A DNA stretch of 64,000 nucleotides from Octopus bimaculoides. Taxonomy: Eukaryota. Positions 51,690 through 64,000 of this stretch are shown here, in pieces; positions within the stretch are counted from its first letter, which is position 1; the number at the start of each line of letters is the position of its first letter. The translations under genes were made by a program, and so were the position numbers. The DNA lies in assembly GCF_001194135.2 (NCBI RefSeq), contig NC_068990.1, forward strand, positions 6,272,701 to 6,336,700, in the 5' to 3' direction. The notes beneath the pieces were generated by a model that was not told where the DNA came from, did no database searches, and saw nothing but the letters and a program-made list of their open reading frames with translations.

Positions 51690-54560
51690 TGAATGTGGCC
51701 GATGCCAGTGCCGCCTGACTGGCTCCTGCACCGGTGGCACATAAAAAGCACCCACTACACTCTCAGAGCGGTTGGCATTAGGAAGGGCATCCAGCTGTAG
51801 AAACCTTGCCAGATCAGATTGGAGCCTGGTACAGCGTCCTGGCTGGCATCGACCATGTTCGCATGGTGCTTTTGTGTGCAACAATGACCCATATATGAAT
51901 GGTGCTTATTGCATGCCACCAGCACAGGAGCCAGTCAGGCGGCACTAGCATCGGCCACAACTACAGTTTCCATTTTGATTTCAATTTGATTGAGGTTCTG
52001 ATTGTGATTTTGATATTTGATTTTACTTGACTCAACAGGTCTCTTCAAGCATGGTGTGTCACCTGACAATTCAAAAGTACTTTTTAAATGGGCTGGTTAT
52101 GCGACACTGGTATAGGCTACGGCTGTGGTTTTACTTTATTTGCCGGGTCTTCTCAATCACAGCATATCTTCAGAGGTCTCAGCTTCTTATCATTGCCTCT
52201 GTGAGGCCCAATGTTCAAAGGTCATGCTTCACCACCTAATCCCATGTCATTCTGGGTCTCCCTCTTCCACAGGTTTCTCCCACTTCTCACACAGCTCTCC
52301 TCATTCATATGCAGCACATAACCATACCAGTGCAGTCGTCTCTCTTGCACACCACATCGATGCTTCTTATGTCCAACATTTCTCTCAGGGAGCTTACACT
52401 CTGTTGTGTGTGCACACTGACATTACACATCCAGCGGATCATAATAGCTTCATTTCTTTCAAGCCCACATATGTCCTCAACAGTCATGGCCCATGTTTCA
52501 CTGCCGTGTAGCATGGCAGTATGCACAAATGCATCATACAGTCTACCTTTCACTCTGAGAAAGAGGCCCTTTGTCACCAACAGAGGTAGGAGCTTTCTGA
52601 ACTTTGCCCAGGCTATTCTTATTCTAGTGGCAACGCTCTCAGAACATCCACCCACACTACAGTCTTGGTCATCTAGGTAGCGGAAGCTATCAATAACCTC
52701 TAGTTTCTCCCCTGGCATGTGATGGAATCTGTTTTCTGAGCATCTTTGGTGTTTATTGCCCCTGTGCAAAAGCTATCATCCTGGTTAACCTGCCTTTGAT
52801 GTTGCTGCACCTCTTATGTGTCCTAAGCTTACACTGGGTACATCTTATGGAGTTTCTACCTACACCTCTTCTACAAATCGAGCAGGGCCATCTACCTGAA
52901 GGGGTTTGTGATTTGTTCACCTTCCTACTTACTAGGACTTTGGTTTTTGCAACATTGACTCTAAGGCTATTCGATTCTAAACCTTGCTTCCACACTTAAA
53001 ATTTTTCTCTAGTTCTGGTAGTGATTCAGCTATGAGAGCAAGGTCATCAGCATAGAGGAGCTCCCAGGGGCAGCCTGTCTTGAATTCCTTTGTTATTGCC
53101 CAGAGGGCTATGGTGAATAAGAGGAGGATGAAGACTGATCCTTGGTGAACCCCTACTTCTACCTGGAATTCTTCACTATACTCATTGCCAACCCTTACCT
53201 TACTGACAGCATCCCTGTACAACTCTTATTAACCACTCGTCTATCTCTAGTTTCCTCATTGATCACCAAATAAGGGATCGGGGGACCCTGTCAAAGGCTT
53301 TCTCCAAGTCAACAAAAGCCAAGTGCAGGGGTTTATCTTTGGCTAGGTATTTCTCCTGCAGTTGCCTTACCAGAAATATATCATCAGTGGTGCTTCTACC
53401 TGGCACAAAACCGAACTGCATCTCACCTAAGCAGACTCTCTCCCTAATTAGTTGGGCTATGACCCTTTCTGTGACCTTCATCACCAGATCTAGCAGTTTG
53501 ATACCCCTGTAGTTATTTATATTTAAACATCACCTTTGCCTTTGTAGCAGTTGACTATGGTGCTGCTATGCCAGTCATTGGGTATGACTCCTTCGTGAAC
53601 CACCTGATTTACAATACAGGTGACAAGACCATATCCCACGTCTCCAGATATTTTAAGCATCTCAGCAGCGATTCCTGATGGGCCGACGGCTTTTCCTGAC
53701 TTCATATCCTTAATTGCTTTATCTACCAGGGTGTTATCAATTCAGGTAACTGGTCCCTGGACTGGGTCAACCTTTGGCAAGCTTCTCCACATTTAGCAGC
53801 CTTTTATAATGGCATCCCCAAGCCTCTTTCTTTGCAGGATCATTAAAAGCAAGTGCAACATCATCCATGTGGACAAATTTCTCTCCTGTAACATCACAAT
53901 ATTCTCTCACACACTGTCTTCCAATCCGAAATACTTCAGTTCATTGGTCCTCATATCACTGAACATTGGCAAACTTCTTCTTTTCTGACCTGTCTCCCAG
54001 CCTCCCTTCTGGCTATCTGCTACAGTTCCCTGCTACCCCAACTCTTCCAGGCTTGTTTCTTTGCTCTAATGCCCTTGTCTACTGTATTATTCCACCACCA
54101 AGTTACCCTAGGTCTGGAAGGGACTTTGCACCAACTGCAGATTTGGTCTGTGGTGCTCAGTAAGCTGTTACGTAGTAATTTCCAGTTACCCTCTATGTCA
54201 CAAGTCTGTAGCTCCTCCTCCCACTCATCAAATTTTTCAATGAGGATGTCCCTAAATCTCTGACTATGTCAAGGGTTCTTAAGCTTCCAAATCCTTCTTT
54301 TCTGGATTGGTCTGCTTCTTGGCATCCTTCTGGCCTCGAGTCTAAAGTTACTAATGACTAGTCTATGCTGGGGGAGGGGGGGGTACATTCTTCCCCAGGG
54401 AGTGTCTTTGTATTTAAGAGTAACCATGCATCCCACTGTCTGGTGAGGATGAAATTAATCTAGCTAGCAGAGTCGCCTGATTAATAGGTTATCAGGTGGC
54501 TGTCTGGCTTCCTGAAGTTGGTGTTGCAGATTAATAGGTTGCTTTCATCACAGAACTCCA
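51690..54560 (-). mobile_element. Decayed RTE LINE (end of APE, RT, 3'UTR with inverted terminal piece)
   Basis: KSGKAVGPSGI, QFGFVPGRSTTD..RQLQEK..FVDLEKAFDRVPR, GVHQGS, ELLYADDL, MLHGSETW. Confidence 0.93.
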
Positions 54561-56132
54561 GTAGCCTAGTTCTCTCTTTGCTTTGGGAATGTTTGTGACA
54601 TATTTCAACTGCTAAAAAGCAAACTGACTGCAGTTACCATAGAGAAAATTTTCTTGTATGGTAAAAAGGTGTAAAAACACTATATCAGTTCAATGTCACC
54701 ATCTGTCAGGATTCCTAGACATTAATGAGGTGTTTTTAAATCTTTTTACCATATGAGAAAATTTTCACAAACATGTTTTAAGTAACCTAAACTTTGCTTA
54801 TGCCTAAACACTGCTTGGCACTGATATTCTGGTAATTTCCAAGACCTGACAGTCCACTGGAACAAATCAGTCTATGTTGTTGACTGTATTTTAGATAAAG
54901 ACCGTTATGAGATCTATTCAGAGTTGTCACTCTTAGGTATGTAGCTTTCCAGCAGCAACCCTCTCCATCCAGGGTTTGGCCAGTCTTCAGCAACTTCATA
55001 TAACTATTGTAATTGAGATTGAGTCCCTGTTCACAGATGTCGGGTGAATTTCGGTGTGCAGTTAGCTGCAGTCAGAATGCTTGCTGTGCCTCTTCCTGCT
55101 AGCCATGACTTCATAGTCTCCATTGCAGCTGTCCATGTCATGTCTTACAGCCCTTACACTATTCACAGAGCATTGAGCAGCAGTCATTCGTGTGAGCATC
55201 AGTGCGAAGCATCACGATACAGGTAACTCTCTTCTAATATTCAGATGGCTTTCAGTTCTCCATGTCAGCTGACTTTTTCTCAGCTACAGTTTTAATCTTT
55301 AAGCTCTCCAATGCCATTTAATGTTCACCAAAACATCAAGCTGTTCCTGAAATAAGGAAACTGCCAGTGCCCCTGGACTGGCTCTTGTGCGGGTGGCACA
55401 TAAGATGCACCATTTTGAGCGTGGCCGTTGCCAGTACCACCTGACTGGCTTCCGTAGGATTTTCGAGCGAGATCGTTGCCAGTGCCCCTGGACTGGCTTG
55501 TGCGGGTGGCACATAAAAGACACCATTTCGAGCGTGGCCGTTGCCAGTATCGCCTGACTGGCCTTCGTGCAGGTGACACGTAAAAGCACCTACTACACTC
55601 TCTGAGTGGTTGGCGTTAGGAAGGGCATCCAGCTGTAGAAACTCTGCTAAATTTAGATTGGAGCCTGGTGTTGCCATCCGGTTTCACCACTCCTCAGTCA
55701 AATCATCCAACCCATGCTAGCATGGAAAGCGGACGTTAAACGGTGATGATGATGATGATGAAAAAAGGCACAAGGTCTGAAATCTGGAGGAAAAGGACAA
55801 GTCTATTACATCGATCCCAGTGCTTTTACTGGTATTTAATTTATCAACCTTGAAAGGACGAAAGACAAAGTTGACCTCAGTGGAATTTGAACTCAGAATG
55901 TAGCAACAGGCAAAATACTGCTAAGCATTTTGTCCAGTGGGTTAATGATTCCGCCAGCTTGCTGCTTTAGCTTAATACATTAATGGTTTTTTTTCATCAT
56001 ACCTTTGAGAAAACAGAAAAGAACTGCTTTTGCATGCATTACATTACTACCTTATTTGAAGTCTCAGATTTGGTAATTCAAATTCTGTCGCGATGGGTTA
56101 GCCTATCATTTGTTCACAATTGATATCACAAG

Positions 56133-56209
56133 ATGTTTTTTGCAGCGGTCATTGACCCCAGTGAATGGAAATCATTTATAGATAAGACAACAAAGAAAAA
56201 TTTATGTCG
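56133..56209 (+). other. Possible small coding exon of an unidentified gene
   Basis: ATG after an in-frame TGA (or a ttttttgcag acceptor at 56145), MFFAAVIDPSEWKSFIDKTTKKNLCR, weak donor CG|gtatat. No recognised homology. Confidence 0.2.
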
Positions 56210-58960
56210 GTATATTATTGCTACTCAAAATAACCAGTCATGCTGTCTTGTGATTACTCATAGGTTCAATATCTAAAATTTAGCAGATCTGATTCTAGCT
56301 CATGCTACAATTTCATTCTGCCATACTCCGGTCAGAGCTTATACATTGTTGCCAGACCTGCTCAGTGTGGTAACCTAATCCCTCTATAAACTTTACTATC
56401 TTCATAATAATAAATGGAAACTAAGTTTTAAGTTTTAAATATTTTCACAAAATTCCCAAGGTAGCTAAAATAGTTTGATTATACTAACTTGATGGAAATC
56501 TTACAAATGTCTATCTGGCGTCACAGATCATTTGGATTTTACAAGACAAGCTTATATGTATTCGTTTGACCTGCTAGAAATAGCAGCCAAATCACATCCT
56601 ACCACCCTTGAAAAGATAGATATTAGATAATGTTGAATAAAAAAAAACAGGTGCTCAGGGATGACTTGGGGAAAAACAGTAACCTACTACCTACATAAAA
56701 TATACATGATCGGAAACAATTTTATAGAAGCCACATTGTAAGTCTATCTATTGTTACAAGTCATTTTCTATATCCATCTGACCTCTAAATATTTATAAAC
56801 AAATGCTAAGTCATAAAAACGTGTTACCACATCATATCACTTCCTGTTATTTACAAGTGGTGACAACTCTTGCTGAAAAGCTAATAGTGTACAAAGCGTG
56901 TATCAACAACCAAAACACTGAATAAAAGACTAGCGGCAACAAATGAATTTCATTAGTAATACTGAAACTACATTTTCGGAAAATAAACCGTTATGTCAGC
57001 CTGGCATTATACATTTAACATTAGGCGGCGACGAATGGAGTCTTATTCAAGAATAACAAATATATTTACTTTCGAGACACCTTCCCTATAAGTTCGAATA
57101 TGTCTATATGTAGATATAGATATTTCTATGCATGTGCGTCTATTATCCAATATGTTAAGTAACAATTAACTCATGCTAATTACAGGTAAGTTGGATTTCC
57201 AATGATTGAGAGCAGTTATTGAACTGTACCTCATGTATATATATATAAAAAAAGCTAATTTATAAAAATAATTACCTGTTAGGATTTAGCAGACGCAGAG
57301 TAAAGTGAATATTTGGAGACTGAAAGATTTTATGAGAAATAACATATACAAATTAGTATTATTTAATTTGTCTTTAGTCTTAAAATGTTTACAGACCATC
57401 AGCTGGTTTCTCGTTGATTACAAGATGGCAGGAGCTTAAATATTATCATCCGTTGTTTACATAGTATGTCGTAAATAGAGAGAGTAGGATAATTCCCAAT
57501 AAACACTACTTTCTGCCATCGTGTTCCTGAGAAACATTTAAGAGTCCAGGAGAGGCAGATACTTTCCTTACATTACATAGATACTGCCATATTGCGTCGG
57601 CAAGAAAATAAAATGGAATTCCCCACCCCCCCATCGAATTTATTCATGAGAAATAGCTACAAATCTTACTAATTCCTAAGTCACTTAAAATGCAAGGAAG
57701 GAAGACACAAACCGAGCAACTTTAATTTTACATCTTAAAACATTATCACGAAAATGCTTCAGATTTTCAGGTGCCCTTCTTCACCGTTTCTTTGTTCACC
57801 AACTGTTGTTCAAATCAAAAAATATGGAAATGTTTTTAATGAAAACCTTTTGCTCGATATCACTAAACAATTCAAGGATTCTAAATTATCCGTCTACACA
57901 CTCTAAGAATAATTCTAGAAACAGTCAACTTGTTTGATTTATATATTCTTTACTAATGAAACAGAAATCGAAACAGAAACAATAACAAAGTCGATGAAAG
58001 AATTTAACGCGTGAGAAAAAGACATCAAATTATTCTCAAAATGCTGCAAACTACTTGGATAGCTCTTCTTCTTGGTTTCTGGTCATCTCTTTATCTAATC
58101 GATGCATTTTTTAAGGTACCGTATATATTTTTTTGTTTCCTCCGAATTCATTGCATTAAACAGTTTTTATTGTACAGTTACAGCGTAATTACAAAAAATA
58201 CTGAATTGTCGCTTACATGAAATACCGAAACGAAATTATCTTTACTATAATAGGTGCTGTGTTTGTAAATATGGCAAGTGGGTTTTTGCTGACTCATATT
58301 TATTACTTTTTGTAATTAATGTATTTTTCACTGTTGTTTCCAATTAAATACTTTTTAAGTTACGTGTTTTCTCTTGGAGAAAATATTCTTTTTCGTTTCA
58401 GTGTTTTATACATTCTCCATTTCGTCAAAATTACGCGCAGTTCTCTTTTTCCCNNNNNNNNNNNNNNNNNNNNNNNNNNNNNNNNNNNNNNNNNNNNNNN
58501 NNNNNNNNNNNNNNNNNNNNNNNNNNNNNNNNNNNNNNNNNNNNNNNNNNNNNNNNNNNNNNNNNNNNNNNNNNNNNNNNNNNNNNNNNNNNNNNNNNNN
58601 NNNNNNNNNNNNNNNNNNNNNNNNNNNNNNNNNNNNNNNNNNNNNNNNNNNNNNNNNNNNNNNNNNNNNNNNNNNNNNNNNNNNNNNNNNNNNNNNNNNN
58701 NNNNNNNNNNNNNNNNNNNNNNNNNNNNNNNNNNNNNNNNNNNNNNNNNNNNNNNNNNNNNNNNNNNNNNNNNNNNNNNNNNNNNNNNNNNNNNNNNNNN
58801 NNNNNNNNNNNNNNNNNNNNNNNNNNNNNNNNNNNNNNNNNNNNNNNNNNNNNNNNNNNNNNNNNNNNNNNNNNNNNNNNNNNNNNNNNNNNNNNNNNNN
58901 NNNNNNNNNNNNNNNNNNNNNNNNNNNNNNNNNNNNNNNNNNNNNNNNNNNNNNNNNNNN

Positions 58961-59000
<40 letters not shown>

Positions 59001-59218
59001 GGTTATGAGCGATAGTGGTGTCAATTAGACCCAAAGGTTTCAGGTAATGCTGAGTAAATGCTATGGATAGACCACAGTTAAGCTCTAGGTTCGGTGGTTA
59101 TGCGAATAAGGGGTCCAACATAGATCATATATCAGCGTGTGAATATAAGGATTTACTTTTTGTAATGAGATAAAAAAAACCAAGGCTGTGTATAATATAG
59201 AACATTTATAAATAGAAT

Positions 59219-59266
59219 GTTTTACAGCTGTTTCCAGGATATTTATTATATCCCTTCATCGGAGAC
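59219..59266 (-). ncRNA. Hammerhead ribozyme motif, family 4, CCGAUGA core
   Basis: GTCT-CCGATGA-AGGGATAT aataa ATATCCTG-GAAA-CAGCTG-TA-AAAC. Palindromic helix III ACAGCTGT, GUA triplet, one helix I mismatch. Degenerate GAAACAGCTGT relatives at about 40760, 48105 and 61560. Confidence 0.65.
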
Positions 59267-60020
59267 GGTGTGAGAGGATGATTAAGCAATAGTTAGTTTA
59301 GTTAAGATAGGAAATAGAGAGTGGATGTAAGGATATTGTATTTGTAAATCCATTGTTTAGGCAGAATGGTGTACATATAAGATTCCAATACCTTGTGAGT
59401 AAAGTCCAATTGTTTTTAAGATTGGTCGATGCCTTTGAATATCCATTATTAAGATTCCAATATCCAATGGGTATTGGAATTTTACTAATAGATTCCAATA
59501 CCTTCGTTCTTCCTGTTTCCCATTTAATAGCTTTCTTCTATCCCTCTACCTCTAACATATTTTTCATAACATAGAAACGTAAAAACACACACAACCACAC
59601 ATACGTGATCTGTAACAACAACATACACACATCAACATTATAGATATAAGATTTACTTTGTGTGTGTTTCTTAAATAAACACGTGCATGCACTGCTATTT
59701 TATAACTGTCTTCCGTTCTTCCTTCCTCTCTTTCTCTCTCTTCATTGCTCCCGTTCTCTATTCCTTTCTCCCCCTCTCTCTCTCTCTCTCTCTCTCTCTT
59801 CCTCTCTCCCTCTTCTCTCTCGCTCTCTCAAATGCATACACGTGCACATACACACAAGCATTCACTACAATATAACTCATGTTCATCAATGTTTTGTAAA
59901 TATACAAACTATGGAGCTTATGTAGACAGGACAACACATTGCAAATCAGTGAACTTCATTAGAAATGTNNNNNNNNNNAGGACAACACATTGCAAATCAG
60001 TGAACTTCATTAGAAATGTG

Positions 60021-60241
60021 GGTAATTTTTCAGATTAACACCCGCACGATTTTCACTAGGGTGTTAGGGTTAGGATTTTAGGGTCAGGGTTAGGGTTAGG
60101 GTTTTAGAGTTACAGTTAGGGGTTAGGATTAGGGTTAGTGTTATGGTTACAGTATTAGAGTTAGGGTTGGGATTAGGGTTAGGTTTAGGGTTTTAGGGTT
60201 AGGTTTAGGTAATCGTGCAGGTGTTAATCTGAAAAATTACC
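60021..60241. mobile_element. Merlin-like MITE carrying degenerate (TTAGGG)n
   Basis: 31-bp TIRs starting GGTAA (1 mismatch), perfect 8-bp TSD gaaatgtg (60013-60020 and 60242-60249), about 155 bp of internal telomere-like repeats. Confidence 0.85.
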
Positions 60242-61181
60242 GAAATGTGAAAACTACCGACCCTGCCATCTGTTATAACTTTTGTTGTTCTGTTTAATAT
60301 CTACATAAATTATGCCTCCAAAGAAGAGAGCTTGTTGGGGAAAGAAAGCAACAGGTTTAAAAAGACAGCAACATATTGCAGCAATTCACCACATTCCAGA
60401 AGCTACTTTGAACATCTACTGTCCAATCTGATAGAATTCTGGCAGAACTGTGTAGTAACAGATCGCCAGCAATTGCTTCATCAGAAATTGCCATCCTAGC
60501 TCTTGCTATGTATAATCAGGGCAGCGCAAAAAGTTGTTTTGCATGAGCATTTGTATAGCCAATTAGATGGATGAAATTTACGTATGCTTAATAATGTTAG
60601 GCAAAACAGCCTTCAGACTTTCCCTATTAATTTCATCGTCTTTTGAATTATGAACATATTTACATCATAAGGGTTTTTTTGTTGTAAGGTTTTCTTTTTT
60701 AGTTGATTTTAATCACCCATCCCTTTGGGATGCGATATTCGGGTACCTTCGCATAAGTACCATATACAAGCCTTGAATCTATATCTAAACCGTATNNNNN
60801 NNNNNNNNNNNNNNNNNNNNNNNNNNNNNNNNNNNNNNNNNNNNNNNNNNNNNNNNNNNNNNNNNNNNNNNNNNNNNNNNNNNNNNNNNNNNNNNNNNNN
60901 NNNNNNNNNNNNNNNNNNNNNNNNNNNNNNNNNNNNNNNNNNNNNNNNNNNNNNNNNNNNNNNNNNNNNNNNNNNNNNNNNNNNNNNNNNNNNNNNNNNN
61001 NNNNNNNNNNNNNNNNNNNNNNNNNNNNNNNNNNNNNNNNNNNNNNNNNNNNNNNNNNNNNNNNNNNNNNNNNNNNNNNNNNNNNNNNNNNNNNNNNNNN
61101 NNNNNNNNNNNNNNNNNNNNNNNNNNNNNNNNNNNNNNNNNNNNNNNNNNNNNNNNNNNNNNNNNNNNNNNNNNNNNNNNN

Positions 61182-61222
<41 letters not shown>

Positions 61223-63444
61223 GTATATATGTATGCTTATATTTCGTTATATGTACATATATATGTATATAAATATCTACATACATTTGTGTGCGTGTAT
61301 ATATATATATATACAGACACACACAAACATACATCAAGTAGGTGATAGTTTCAACTGAGACATTACAATCTTGTCTGATTCTTCAGGTGCTTCAATTCTG
61401 TGTATGTACATATATTTACTGGATTGCTGACATTTATTGTTTTCCCCATTGTGTTGATGTGCCATTTTATATCATTAATAAAACTGTTGGCATTTTTGCC
61501 AACATGGGTATGCTAGTAAATAAATAAATAACAACAGATGAATAATGTGTCAATTCACTACAGCTGTTTCCAACAGATTTTTAATTGATTAATAGAGACA
61601 TTACAATATTAGAAAAAAACTGTTTTCATCTTTTATCTTTTAATTCAAATGAACAAGAGTTTTAGGGTGAAATGCAAAATATAAGGCCACCCAGTTATTT
61701 ATATATTTACTTATTTAACAGCCTTGTATCTGCCTACTTTATTGACATAGGGATATGTGATAGAGACACAGAGTTTGAGATTCTACTATAGGGTCAGGGT
61801 GGGTGGGTTTATAATAGTGGTCATCCTATCAATAAATAAATAAAGAAGTAAAGAGCATACAATAAAAAAATATATGACCCATTAAGCCAAACAAAATCGC
61901 AGTCGTGGTGGATACTGGTGTCACGCAACTGGTACCCGTGCTGGTTGCACATAAAAGCACCCATTACACCTCTCGGAGTGGCTGGCCTTAGGGAAGGTAT
62001 TCAGCCATAGAAACCATGCCAAATCAGACTGGAGTCTGGTGCATCCCCCCTCCTCCCCCAGCTTGCCACACTGGTCAAACTGTCCAATCCATGCCTGCAT
62101 GGACAATAGATGTTAATTGATGATGATGGAAGCAAAAGGATAATAATAAGAGACAAATTATAATAAAAAATTATGAAAAAAAAGGGGGGGTTATAATTTT
62201 TAAAAAAAGGGGTTATATTAAAAGAATATGGATAATAATGATAGTGACTTTGTAAATAATATCGTAAGAATTATAAACATAATTAAAAAGTAAGAAATAA
62301 TATAATGGAATGAAAAAAAGGTAAAATGAAGTAAAATAATGTAATATAATAGGATAATGTACAATGGCATTTGTACAGATAAAGAAAGAATATAAAGAAA
62401 AGAAAATAAAACCAGTCCTTTTTTCCTTTTCCTTCTCCTTCCTGTTACATGTATATATGCACATGTGCATATATACATACACACATACATATATGCATAC
62501 ATATATGCATATGAAGTCATACGCACGTGTAAACTCGTGTGTATCGTCGTCGTCGTTTAACGTCCGCTCTCCATATACATTCATACACATATGTCTATAT
62601 GTATACACATACATATAGACATACGTACATATGTATGTATGCATATACGTATATACATACATATGTGCATATGAAGTTATACATACAAGCACACACACGT
62701 AAACTTGTGTGTATATGTATGTATATACTCACAAGTTTACGTATGTATGTATATACATTCATATACATACGTATATGTATGTATATACATTCATATACAT
62801 ACGTATACACATACATATAATCATATGTATATACGTATACACATACATATATACGTATACACATACATATATATATGTATACACATGTATATACATACAT
62901 ACATGCATATATGCATATACACATACGTATGTGCATATGAAGTTATACAACCAAGCACACATGTAAACTCGTGTGTATATGGATGTATATACATTCATAC
63001 ACACACTTAGGCATACACATGCAAGCAGGCAGTAGCAATGGATACAAGTATTTGTAAAAGATACAATTTGGCGTGTTGTGGGTGGGGTTCTATAGAGCAG
63101 AGTAATTATGCCTGCACACACTTGTGCATGTGTTTAAAGCACATATGTACGCAGTCATCTTATAATAATTGTGCTTGTTTCTACGTTACTTAGCCCATCT
63201 GTAATGCTTCCACCTGATTAGTTGAAGGGGAAGAAGGGGAGGGGGAGGTGAGTGAAATGTGTAATTTTTTTTTTTTTGGTTTAAGTTTTTTTTTCCTCCG
63301 TTACTTAGCCTGTTTGCAATGCTTTCATGTGATTAGTTGAAGGGAAAGATGAAGAGTGAAAGAAAAAGGAGAGAAAAAGAAGGTAAGGCAAAGAGGGAGA
63401 GAGAAAGAGGGAGAGTGCTGTGTATTAAGTCTATAAAATTGTGC

Positions 63445-63479
<35 letters not shown>

Positions 63480-63647
63480 ATGATATTAGGGACAAAATCC
63501 AAAATTACAGGTAAAAACTCAATTAAAATCAATTTATAAAAAATTAAAATTAAATTGAGCTTTATAGATAAAATATATATATAAAGTGCATTAAGTAATC
63601 ATCGTATTCCAGTTTCCTTCACTTTTCAATGATTAGCAGATGAATGA

Positions 63648-64000
63648 CTAACTTAAGCTGAACATTAGAAGCATCAGTTGTGGTGTGCAAGAGAGACGAT
63701 TGCGCTGGTATGGACATGTGGTGAGAATGGATGAGGATAGCTGCGTGAAAAAGTGCCACACCCTAACAGTTGAGTGAACCCGTGGAAGAGGTAGGCCCAG
63801 GAAGACCTGGGCTAAGGTGGTGAGGCAAGACCTTCGTACATTGGGCCTCACCGAGGCGATGACTACTGACCGAGACCTTTGGAAATGTGCTGTGCGTGAG
63901 AAGACCCGGCAAGCCAAGTAAGATCGTTGCCAGTGCCCCTGGACTGGTTCTTGTGCGGGTGGCACATGAGATGCACCATTTTGAGCGTGGCCGTTGCCAG
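63648..64000 (+). mobile_element. RTE LINE 3' end running into its repeat-containing 3'UTR
   Basis: RLRWYGHVVRMDEDSCVKK...GRGRPRKTW followed by gccagtgcccctggactgg units. Cut by the window edge. Confidence 0.9.

Noticed and set aside
55330-55580. Regularly spaced about 60-bp repeats resembling a CRISPR array
   Set aside because: Eukaryotic context, no unique spacers. They are tandem units of the RTE 3'UTR repeat.
59928-60019. Direct duplication of aggacaacacattgcaaatcagtgaacttcattagaaatgt
   Set aside because: The copies sit on either side of a 10-N gap, typical of unmerged contig overlap.
60053-60210. Chromosome end or fusion site
   Set aside because: Short, degenerate, single orientation, and bounded by TIRs and a TSD.

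Overview
AT-rich, microsatellite-laden animal genomic DNA with several N-gaps. It is most consistent with an octopus or other coleoid cephalopod; this is inferred from recognised repeat families, not proven. One protein-coding gene is well supported: a minus-strand SYAP1/Sap47 (BSD-domain synapse-associated protein) orthologue. It has five coding exons (42073-41584, 27862-27780, 18230-18084, 11839-11700, 8244-8153) joined by GT-AG introns with consistent phases, and its 3' exons were not found, so they probably lie left of the window. The rest is mostly decayed mobile DNA: Helitron helicase remnants, Penelope-like elements (PLEs), RTE and R4-like LINEs, mariner and pogo relics, a SAP+SWIM ORF relic, MITEs and tRNA-derived SINEs. 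The most interesting signal is a set of minimal type I hammerhead-ribozyme (HHR) motifs from about four sequence families, recognised by eye. Three sit at head-to-head palindromic junctions, one family is fused to a tRNA-like Pol III head, and two well-formed motifs carry a CCGAUGA core instead of CUGANGA. Also notable are a Merlin-like MITE carrying telomeric repeats, a Helitron-like end with an array of STAT/NF-kB-like motifs, and two Penelope fragments with complementary breakpoints. No computation or database search was run, and repeat boundaries are approximate.
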